Notes under the pieces: generated by a model
The model's input: only the letters and a program-made list of their open reading frames with translations
The model's database searches: none
Told to the model about the DNA's origin: nothing
Position numbers and translations under genes: made by a program
Assembly: GCA_963586735.1 (NCBI GenBank)
Contig: CAVABL010000002.1
Span: 1-25,765 of the forward strand
Direction: 5' to 3'
Length of the DNA stretch: 25,765 nt
Origin: Firmicutes bacterium TM09-10
GTDB taxonomy: Bacteria > Bacillota > Clostridia > Christensenellales > CAG-917
Part shown: one piece after another, positions 10,901 to 22,900 of the stretch
Layout of the letters: each line of letters starts with the position of its first letter
How positions within the stretch are numbered: the stretch's first letter is position 1

Positions 10901-13900
10901 AACGAATACTATCTCGGACTCGACATAGCAATCGGTTGCATCAATATGGGTCTCAAACTCGGCGGAATCACGCTTGACTTCGGCGCGGGCGACGGCTTGC
11001 TCCCGACATATATCCGCGACGGCAAGGCGCACTCCGTCCTCGTTGAAGCAAACGACGGCACGAATAAGGAAATTGAATACACCGACGAAACGAAGGATTC
11101 ATACACCTTTGACGACGTGCCGACAAATATGTTCTACGACACAATCATCACGGTGGGCGTGTCCGTCGAATTTGAATTCGGTATGACGGAAGGCACGCTC
11201 GATTTCGGCACGATTTTGAGCGCAATCGTCGGCGACCTCACCGGCGTCGTGGTGGAAATGCCCACAACGACGAAGGGATATACGTCGGCGCACTTCAGAC
11301 TTGACGTTTCGCTCATGGTCGATATCTACGACCTCACGAAGTCCGAACTCAAAATCGAACTCATCAACGTCACAGAAACGGGATACGAGAGCGTGTGGCT
11401 TGGCGCATACTACGTCAACAACACCATTTACGTCAATCTCGAAGAGGCGTTCAACATCCAGAAATTCGCAATCGGCGGGCTGAATATCGCCGAAATGCTC
11501 AAAGACTACATCATCGACTTCGACGACGAAGAGATGTTCGTTGCAGGCTCGTCGTCAAAGGCGGTGTCGTCGGGCGACGCGTTCGTTGCAAGCAACGCAT
11601 TCCAAAGCGACGCACAGACGAGCGACGCTCAATCGAGCACGGTCAGCCTCAGCGACAAGGAACTTGCTCTTTCGGTGCTCATCGACAAAGACTTGCTCAC
11701 CTTGAAACTCGGCAACAAACTCTTTGACACTATCATCGAATATATCCCCGAAGATTTGCTCGGATTCGACATCAAAGACTTGTTCTATCAGGAAGTCAAC
11801 GGCGGCGTGCAGGTCGAACTCAATACGTCGGACAGTCTCAATCTCTCCGTCGGCGTTGCGCTCGGACTTGACGGCGACAGATACAACAAGGATTCGTCCT
11901 ACACGGGCACGGAAGCCGAAAAGACCGCTCTCATCGCAAAAGTCAAAGAAGAGACGAGCGCGTACTACGTGTTCAGACAAGACGACAACGGCTACTACAC
12001 GAAGGAAAGCAACGGCACGTATATCCGCGCAATCGCTCCCGATATGAGCGTTTTGGCGGCGGAACGTTACAGCAAATTCAGAATTTCGTACAGCACGGAA
12101 TCGAATAAACTCTATTTGAGACAGGTCGTCGACAACGGCAAGAGCGACGGAAGCGAAGTCTACAAGGAATACACCGACGCTGCCGGCAGCACGATTATCG
12201 GCGAGGACCTCACGGCAAGCGAAACATCTGCGGTCGATATCTACAAACTCACCGTCGGCGCGGTTGCGAACAAGTCGTTCGTGAAAGACGGCGCAAAATA
12301 CGACACCACGCTTTCACTGTCGCTTGCAATCAAGAATCTCAACGTCGCGTTCACCAACTCGCGCACGTACGTCCTCAGCGGCGACGAACTTGCAGAGTAT
12401 ACGAATATGGACGACGTCGACAGATTCACGCTCAGCGAAACAATCGACATCTCGACGCAATTCAAGACGGGCGACGGCAACGACATCGATTTGAGCGCAG
12501 TGCTTCAATCCTTCTTCCCGAGCCTTACGGACGACCAATTGCTCGTCATCAAGGCGCAGTCGGACACCAACGGCGACGTCGAACGCTCGCTGCAACTCGT
12601 CGTCGACGCGGATATCCAGATTGCCGCGTTGCTCAACTTCATGCGCACCGAACTCGTCAAATACGTTGGTGACAGCGACCAGTTTGACGGGGATATGGAC
12701 TTGTTCAGCGTTCTCGATTTGCTCAAACAAGTCATCGAACAACTCAAAAACAACACCGACCAACTCACGAGTCTCATCGCCGACATCGCAAGTTACGTCA
12801 ATCTCAGCGTCAGATTGCAAACGAAGGGCGGTAACGATACGGAATATCACGATATGCTCGGCGTGTATATGATCGGCGGCGAATTCTCGTTGCTCACCGA
12901 CGAAGAGAGAAACGATACGAACAGCGCAAACTACGTCGACCCGAGCGAGAGATACGACCACTACTTCGAGACGAAGGGAGGCAGTTATTATCTCGGCACG
13001 GACGGCAAATATCAATACATCACATCAAGCGAATACGCCGGCACGAGATATTCGTACGATTCGAGCTACTGCTACAAGAATACGAAGGGCAACTACAAGC
13101 GTACAAACGGCGGTTTGTTCGTCGATTTGAGCTACTTCAACCTGCCCTCGTTGCGCATAGACGCAAACGAAATTCGTTCGTTGGTGGGCAGTTTGCTCGC
13201 CTCTTCGAGCGCGTCCGACGCAATGGTTGCGGACGACACGACGTCGGATGACGAGGACGGCGGAATTTCCTTCCCGCTCGTCAAGGACGACAAGATTCTC
13301 GGCTATATAAGAACGTTTGCGTACGGCTTGCAAGTGACGTCGAGATACGTCAGAGTGCTTGCAAAAGCGGACTATCTCAACAGTATCCTCTCGCTCATCA
13401 TGGGTGAGAACGCAATCCAATTCGACGAGGACGGCTTTGTCAACAAACCAAACGTCACGCTCTATACCGACAACACGAGATATACATACGAAAACGTCGG
13501 CACGAAGATGTTTGACTTCATCGAAAAGGTCCATGCGCTCGATAAGACAGCGTCCGACTACAACGCACAAAAGAAGGCTCTCGTGAACGACTTCGAGCGC
13601 GTGCTCAATAAGTCGAAATATCTGTTTGACATAACGGAATACTACGGCGAGAACTATACGGAAGGCGTTTACTACAAGACGAGCGACGGCGCATTCGTTC
13701 AAAAGAACGATATGTCGACGACGGAACTTGCGGAGTATAACGCAAAAGTCAAGGCAAACGTCGACGGTAAGAACGAATATAAGTATTACTCAATCAAGAA
13801 GGTGGAATCCTACCTCAAGGTGACGAACGGAGGCACGACGAACTACGTCAAGTACTCGGAGGCAACGCAAGCGCAAATCAACAACTGCGCAAAGATCGAC

Positions 13901-16900
13901 GAGGTGACGGACGGGACGAATACGTACCATTTGCAAGAAATCTACGGACTCAGAGTGCCCGAACTTTACGAGTATAACGAAACCACGAAAGAATACTCCG
14001 TTGCGGATGCGAAATACTTTATCGTCGAACCGCTCAAAGCAAAGAACGAGTTCGTGTCAATCAACCTCTATTTGTGGAATCATAAAGTGTCGCTCGCAAT
14101 CAACGCGCCGATTGTTGGAGTGACGGAATTCGAGTACGTCACGGGCGAAGACGCAATGAACAACTACGATATTTCAAATATCGCGGCAGGCGCGCGCTAC
14201 GTCAACAAAAACGAGGATATTTACACGAGCGTCGACAAGGAAAGCGACGGAACGAGCAACTGGAAGTTTGACTACTACACCAACAGCAAGTTTGACTTCA
14301 ACAAGTACTTCACCGAGGACGGCACGAACTATCCGCGCTACTACGAATATAAGTCGCAATACATCGAAATCAACGAGAATACGCTGTACGTCAAGAAGGG
14401 CGCAAATACGTTTGAAAAGGCGGCAAACAGCAAAGCGGAATTCCCGAACTTCCTCGTCGAAATGGACACCGAGGGTACGGAATACTACGTCAAGACGGAC
14501 ACCGCGTACGTGTTGATGCAAAGAGTGTTTATCTATAGAAGATACACCTACAACACGCAAAAGAAAGTGCTTCTCGACGCAAACGATACGACTACGCCGA
14601 GCAACGAATACTGGGTGAAGGTGCAACAGACGAGTTCCGTCACGCAACCCGATTTCAGCAAGCCCGAGTATGACGATTATGCATACGACGAATACGTTGA
14701 CAGCGACGACCTCTATTTCCTCTCGCTCGCGTTGAGAGGCAGTCTGTTTGTTCAAGCAGGCAAGATTTACTTCGACTACGCAACGTATGAGGAAGTGTAC
14801 GAGAGCATCCACAAGACCGCTCTCACGACGGACGCGGTCAAAGACGCACTCTACAAGAAGTATCACGGCGACTATGTCAAACTCGCATCGACCGACGACG
14901 CGGATACACTCAAAGAAAACAACAACCTGTATGTGCTTGTCAACAGCACACTCGGCGACAAGTACGGCAAGGTGGACGAAGCGTTGGGCGACGTGCTGGG
15001 CGGCATCGTGGGCGCACTCACGGGCAAGTTCCAGATAACAGAAGATATGACGTTCAACGTCTACTTCTCGCTCCGCCTCAATCTCAGTTTCAAACTCTAC
15101 ATTCTTCCGTCGTTCGGAATCGACGTGCGCGACCTCGACGTTGCAATCGACGTGTGGGGCGAGCAGAACGACTTGATGACGAACGGCAACTACGTCACGA
15201 GCGTTGACAGAGATAACAACGACTACGATGGCAAACTCCTCGACGGCACGAAACCGCATATTCTCGGCATCTATTACGACAACGACAAAGATACCGGCAA
15301 GGCGGGCTTGTACGTCGACGCAGAGGCGTTGCTCGGCAAAGACGCAAAACTCTTTGTGGATATGAGCGAATATTCGCTCGAAGACGTCATCTCGGGGCTC
15401 GTTGCAAACATCGGCACGAGTTCTGCGGACGCAGCAGTCGCATCCGACTCGGTCACGGAAAAGAATCCCGACAAGCAAAGTGCGGACACGACGAGTTTGT
15501 TTGTCAACATATTCACCAACGCGCTTGCTCTCAATGTGACGTCGGGCTTTGCAAAAGTGCTCGTCAAAGAACTTTTGCCCGACAACGCAAGCATCGCGGA
15601 TTTGTTGCCGAACCTCAAAGTCTATCTCAAACAAAATCTCAATCCGTACGACATCACGATTGGCGCAATTCTCTTCAACGAGAAGGGCGATATTCCCGTG
15701 TTCAATCTCGGTCTTAATATCCAAGGTATGAACGGCACGGACGAATCGTCAAGCATAGCGTTCGGCAAGAAGGAGACCATCATTGCAATGCAACAAGGCT
15801 CGATGGATATCTTCTACTATGCAAACTTCTATCGCGACAACTCGAATAACGATTATAGCAACTACTACGGAAAGAACTTCAACGAGAAAGACTACGTCAA
15901 ACTCTTCAGAGATAAGGACGGAAACGACTATTATTTCAAGGGCGAAACATACGTTGAACTTGCCGAAGCAGAGAAAGAAACCTATACGGGCAAAATCTAT
16001 AAGCAAGTCAACAACGCATACGTTGAACTTGCCGAAACGGAAAAAGAAACCTACGACGGCAAACTTTTCAGAAAAGCCGACGGGTATACGCTTGAAACGT
16101 CCACGGACGGATTGTACGTCGCAACTGCCGAAGAGGGCGGCGGATATGCAATCTACAAGAGCAAAGACGGCAAGATTGCGGGCCCGGAAGACAGATATAT
16201 GAAAGCGGCGCCCGTCATGAGTCAATTGCTCGCGACAAGACAAACCGCTTATAACGATATCGTCTACACCGACGTTGACGGAATCTATATGCCCGTCCAC
16301 GAAAAACTCAACGACATTGCGGGCAACGACAACGTCACGGGAAGCAATTACAGATACCTCGTGGGCACGTCGCAATTTGCCGCATACACCGGCACGCTCT
16401 ATATCGTTGACGAAAACAGCAACTACGTGCGTACGAACAAGGACGAATTGCAAGGCTACACCGGAAGCGGTGCGTTGCAATACGCTTTGGCAAGCGATTA
16501 TACGAGTGCGTCCGAGAGCGAAATCGCAAGGAAAGTGACGTTCAACAAACAGGTTTACTATCCGATTGACACGAACAACGACGGTTGCACGGATATGGCG
16601 GAAGCAGACGCGTTCAAGGCGGCTTATCCGAGCGCGACGGTGTTCAAACAAGTCACCGATTTCACAAACTATACCAAAGCACTTTCGCTCAACCTCGGCG
16701 ATTTGCTCGGCGGTGCGGAATTCAACGTGGCAAGCATGCTCGCCGAACTTCAATGCATCGAACTCGGTTTGAATTTGAACATCGCGATGACACTCAACGA
16801 CGTCATCAACTGGACGTATCAACTCACGAGATTCATCGACAGCAAGGAAATCGCAGAATACGTTTACTTCATCGCAACGTCGTTGCAAAACAGCAAGGAA

Positions 16901-19900
16901 TTCCAAAGCCTTATCGGTTTTGACTTCGACGTCAAGGTTTACTTGCAGACGGCAAACCTCGTCAAGATGCTCGGCGGTGACACAAGCGTCGGCATTTTGC
17001 AGGTGCTCGAAGGCGCAAAGATTTACGTTGACTTGACGTATGAAACGAACTTCCACGGCGATAAGAAACCGCACGCTTATTTGTGGGTCGAAATCAAGAA
17101 CGGCAAACTCTATCTCAACATCGACGTGAGCGAAATCGGCGACATCGTCGGTTGGGGCGACTTCTTCTCGTACGGCGTTATCGAAGGGCTCGATTTGTCG
17201 AGCATCCTCGGCGGTGACGCATCGACGGCGTTTGCGCAAGCAAGCGTTGCGGCGGACGACGACGAAGTCAACACCGGTATTCTCCCCGCAAACATTTGGA
17301 ACATCATCGACGTCGTCGTTGGCAGATTGCTCTTCGCAAACGACTTCATCAACATCGGTTTGAACGAAACTCTCATCGCCGACCTCATCGGTATGCTTGC
17401 GGACAGCGATAACGAGATTTTGAGCGGCATAGGACAATTCCTGCCCAAACTCCGCACGACCGATACGAAGGACACCAGCGGCGTCACTATAAACTTCTAC
17501 GGCAACTCGCCCAGCATCGACATCAACCTCGGCTTCAAAGTCGGCACGCTCTTCTATGACACGGTTGCAGACTTCAACGCATACTACGGCGCAAGCGGCA
17601 AGTATACGCAGTCCGAAGATTGGACCGGCACGACGTTTGTCAAGGAAAGCGACGGAACTTACACCGAGGGCAAAGTCACCAACGAAGACGGAACGATTGA
17701 CAAAGACAACACTTATGTGTTGATGTCAACCGACGACTACGCTCTCGTTGCGTACGCATATCCCGCATGGGCAGGCGACACCTACGATTATGACGTCACG
17801 AACGACAAGTTCACAAAGAACGAGAACGGAAAAGGCGCATATCTCAAACAGGGCGACTTTGCAGTGGCGGTATCGCTCGGCAAAATCTACGCAAAAGTCA
17901 ACAAGGACTTCTCCGTTGACAAGGACAGCGTGTTTGCCGATAAGACGGCGGACGGCAAAGTCAACTACGAATACGTCGAATCCGAAAACGGCGAATTTGT
18001 CAAGGACGGCGAAACGTATCGCCTTGCAACGACTGCGGACACAGGCACTCGCTATGCGAGAAACGCAACATACGACAAATACGTCGCATTGCAAAACGCA
18101 ACCGCGCATCTTGAAATGTCAATCGAGATTTCGTTGTACGGCAGCGGTAATGCAGGCAACGCGAACGTCATCGATTTGAGTGAAATCCTCGATCTCGTGA
18201 TGGGACTCATCAATCCCGACAGCGCAATCAGCGGATCGCAACTCAAACTCAACATCGTCAACGAATTCGGCAACGATTCGGGCGCATATCTAATGCTCGA
18301 CCTCGTTGCGAACATCGACGTCGAAAACTTCAAAGTCGAACTCGGTTTGCAACTCAACAAGCACGCAAAAGGCTCGGTAAAGAAGACGCTCATCGGCATA
18401 TATCTCGTCGAAGACACGATTTATGTCGATTTGAGCGGTATTCTCGGCAATACGGCAAAGATTGCGGTCACCGACCTCAACCTCACGGGCTTGCTTGAAA
18501 GCACGCTCGGCAAGTTCCTTGCAACAGAGGAAGAGAACACCGCATCGGGCGCAAGCGTTGCAAGCAACGTCGATATTCAGACGATTGAAAACAACAAAGA
18601 TCATCTCAAAAACTACGCGTACTTCATGATCAACGTCACGCCGCAAAAGTTGTTGCTCCAACTCAATGCGGATCTTGTCAACGCAATCTATAAGAAGATA
18701 ATGCAGATTCGCGGTATGGAACAAAAGAATCTCATCCCCGACGTCGGCGACTTGCTCTTCAGAATGGACTCATCGACAACGGGCGCAAAGAAGTACGTCA
18801 AGTTTGCAAGCGAAGAGGAAAAGAACGAATATACGGGAACAACCTACAAAAAGGACGGCGTGAGATACGTTGAAGTGACGGACGGAACGAAGGGCGACTA
18901 CTATCAGAACGGCAACAAGACAACGTTCAGCCTCAACCTCAGATTCAGCGACGGCTTGTACTTCTGCCTCGATATTCCGTCAATGGATATATCCAAGAAC
19001 ATCGAGGGCAACTCGGTTGTGGATACGTTCAATCTCAATTGCACCGACAAGTACGTCGAAATCGCGACGGTCGCAACGTTCGAGGGACAAAAATATACGA
19101 AGAACTCCGACGGCACATACTCGGCGTTCAACGGCACGACCTCAACGGACACGACGTACTACAAGAGAGTGCTTGCTCCGTCGGGCTATTACGAGATTCT
19201 CTCGCTCGACCTCGAAGGCCTCATCGGCGGTACGACGACGTTTGACATCTCGAGCCTCAATCTGCCCACAATCGGACTTGCGGCTTCGCTCGAAGTCACT
19301 ATGACGTCAAAGAATCTCAAACCGGGCGATAACGGTTATGACGATTCGCTTGCGGGTTGGTTGATTGACTTGCTCGGCAACTTGCTCGGTGGACAATCGC
19401 TGTTCGGCAAGTTCGAAGCACTCACCGTCACAAACGGCAAACTTTACGACGGCACGACGGAATACACCGGCAAAGTGTACACAAAGAGCGGTGACACGTA
19501 CGAAGTGTACACGAGCAAGGATTATTCATCCGGCACATTCTATAAGTACACGATGGCGGACATCAACATCACGTTCGCAAGCGAGGCGGTCAACCTCACC
19601 ATCGACATCGCCGCAAACGTCAACCTTGCGCCTATCCTTGCCTACGGCATCGGCGGCATCCTGTTCAGCGATATCGCGGTCGACGTCAAGGCGGGCGATC
19701 CGATCAACTCGACGGTTCTCAGTCTCTACTACCTCGGCTCTTCAAGACTTATGAAACAGTCCGAGTCCGACGGCAAGTGGGAACTCGGCACGGCAACGCA
19801 GGCGGGTTATTCGAGCAACGCAATCTTCTCGGACGCTCTGTATATCGACGCGAGCGGTCTCGGCCTCGGCAAGATTAAGTTCCAAGGCATTGCGGGCTTG

Positions 19901-22900
19901 CTCGGCGCATCGCCGAATTACGCACAATCGGCAGACGCAACCGTAAGTTCGGACGCAACTACGTCGGACGCGGAAACGAGCGCAGAGGCAAAAGCGGCGG
20001 CGGCAAGCGCGCTGTATCTGGAAGTGGACATCGAAAACGGACGTCTCAGCGTGTCGTTTGACAGCGCCTTCATCTCAACGCTCATCGGCATGCTCAACAT
20101 CGATTTGGGCAGCATAGAACTTCCGCCAATCAAGTCGGTCAAACTTGACGTCAACCTCGACGAAAGCGGTTTCGACTCCGTCAACCTCAACGCTCAACTC
20201 GACAGCGTCGGCACGGGCGCGAATATCGCAGTCAAGAACGTCGACCTCGGTCTCGGCGAAAGCAAGGTTGACACCGAAAAACTCATCAACTCCGTCAAAA
20301 CGGGTTATGCGGGCTTGACCTACTCGAAGACGTCGGGCTTGATGTCGCTTGTGCAAAACGTCATCGACAACTTGAAACCGGGTCTCAATATCAACATCCA
20401 AAACAAGGTGTGGCAAGCAATCCTTAAGAGCGACACATACGGCTCGTACGACCATTCGAGCATCACTTTGTCGGGCAGAAAGGAATTCATCGCAACCAAC
20501 CTTGTCGACGGCAACGATACCGACAGAAGATACAACATCAGACTCGGACTTAAGAGCACACGCTCGGATGCAAAACTCAACGTCATCGTTGGCGGCAACA
20601 ACATCTTCCTCACGGATATCAGCCTTGAAGGTACGCTCATCGGTTGGGTTAAGAATCTCAGCAGCGTGCTTAACTGCATCGATTTGGGCAGCATGCTCGG
20701 CAGTTCACCGATGCTTGCGCTCGTCAGCGGAACGGACGGCGACGATGCGACGTACGAATATCCGACCGCAAAGACTGCGGCTGACATCATGACGACGGCG
20801 GCAGGTTGGCAATCGGACGGATCGTATTCATATCCCATCAAGACGGACAACCTCATCAAGAGCGTTGACGTCAATTTGTTCAACAGTTATGAATATTGGC
20901 CGTACTTTGACAACGCAACGGCGGTTTCAAGCGGCGCAGGCAAGATCTCTGCAAAGATCGAACTCAATAAAGACGCATACAACGAATTGATCATTGCGGT
21001 TTCGTGCATCGTCATGGGCTTGCTCAAAGACGGCATCGACGGCGATGACGGCGAACCGTATTTTGCAGACGTAACAAGAATCGGCAACTCAACGAACAAG
21101 TCGCTCAGCGACGTTATCATTCAAAACGCAGGCAAGAATAACACGGCAATCGGCAATACCGACGAAATCACGAAATTCTTCAACGGACTTGACACTCTCG
21201 TGAAAGCAAACGCTTCCACGCAAGACAAAGTCAACTATGTCGAACCGTTCATGCGTTCGATTCCGCTTACGCTCGTGAAGTGGATAATCAAGTGCGTTGC
21301 AGTGCCTGCAATCAACGTCAGCATTGCAAGCTGGTCAACAATTAAGAATTTGGCGGCATCATCGCTTGAAGACCTTGAAAAACTCATCGGCGGTATACTC
21401 CCGCTTCCGTTTGCAAGCGGCGTGATTAACCCGTCAATCAACATCTACATCGACCTCAATCCGAAGGCGAGCGAGTACGACTCCAAGACGACTTACACCG
21501 TCAAACCAGGAATTCAAGCCATTGAAATTATGGTCAACGGCAGAAAGAACGGCACGGGAACGTCAATGCTCTACAACAAGGCGCAATCGACGGACAAAGG
21601 CAGTATGAAGTTTATGATCAACGGCGGCGGCGCAGTGAGCGGAACTGTTGAAAACAGCACTACCACAACGACGTCAATCGGCGAGGCATGGGACTTCTTT
21701 ATGCTCCGCATAACGCCGTACAGCATCGGCAATACCGATTATACGACGGGATTGTTGCAATTTGACGATTCGGAAAGCGCAAGCAACATCGGCGTCGAAC
21801 CTCCGAAGGAAATCGTCATCGAAGATCCTGCAACGAGAAAGGGCTACGCTCTCTCGGGCGGCGCAAGAAAGGACTTTGAACTCAGAGACAGTTTCTTCTT
21901 CGATTCAACGCTCTTCCCGCAAAAAGCGCAGGTCAACTTCCCGATTTGGAGCGAAAGCGATCAAATGACCTCCTACAACGCAGGCAGTCAATATCAGGAC
22001 GCAACCGGTACGTTTATCGTTTGGGACGCGGCTTCCGTCGATTTGACGGCGGCAACTTCCGAAACGGTGGATCCGAACGGCAGACGGCTTGCGGGCTATG
22101 TTTACGGCTACGCGCTCAACACGGTGCTCTACGCAATCCCGGTTTACGTCACAAACGACAAAGAGTTGCAATCCGTCAAAGGCTTGTATAAGGACGCAGA
22201 CGGCAGTTTCAACGCAAAATCGCTCTCGCTCGACATCGACAGCACGAAGAACACGTATATGTCGGCACTGCCCGATCTCGTGAAGATTTCGTTTACGTCC
22301 GGATCGTATACGTTCGGCACGTATCTCACCGATTCGCTCGGCAATATGGCGTACGCGGTAATCGATCCGTTCGGCAGCGCGCCGTATCAGACGATTGACG
22401 GCAGCAAGTATCAAATCCTCACTCAACCCACCACTGAGGAAAAGAATAACGGAGCGGAGGACAATCTCAACTCCGACGGCAACAAATATCTGTTGATGCC
22501 GGCATACGTGGCGGGACTCGTCAAGGATAGCGACGGCAAATATAAGACGGTCAGCGTGGGAACGAAGACTTACTATGTGCTCAGTCGCGCCAACTTGCCG
22601 ACGGGCAAGCAATTCCCGGCGGGTACTATCGCGTGGGATACGGACGACTTCACGTACGATTGGCAAGGCTCGACAGATTGGAAGAGCGGCGATTCAACCA
22701 ACGTCGTCAAAGTCGGATTCACGTATCAATGGGGACTCGGCAAGGAAGTCAAGGACACGCTTGAACTCAATGCCAAGAACTACAAGATTTCAAGGCTCAC
22801 CACGATGGCGACGTCCGCTGCGGACACCTCGCCCGTGACGCTAAAGAGCGCGCGCGACAAGGACGGCAACTACACGACGTATCTCGAACTCGACTCGATT

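Larger units (their letters stand above)
2060..21740 (+). repeat. About 15 divergent protein-level modules (core ~250 aa) sharing the motif h-x-h-Y-[Y/h]-x(2-4)-G-x-h-Y-h-D-h-x-x-h-G...K-h...D-h-x-x-h-h
   Basis: The motif core Y/F-h-D/N falls at about 2309, 3317, 4283, 5204, 6542, 7283, 8480, 10019, 11429, 13118, 15311, 17111, 18422, 19841 and 20606. Examples: LLGLYYTGRALYIDATNFGLNKVK, INVYLINGVLYLDLEGVGGPKVQ, LIGIYLVEDTIYVDLSGILG. Spacing is 741-2193 bp, varying with inserts. Confidence 0.85.

Noticed and set aside
4850..19550. Tyr-rich inserts as choline/glucan-binding (CW) repeats, RHS/YD repeats, RTX nonapeptides or DGR variable regions
   Set aside because: They lack the regular ~20-aa WYYF..G.M.TGW, YD..GRL or GGXGXDXUX periodicity. 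I saw no near-identical template/variable repeat pair or reverse transcriptase.
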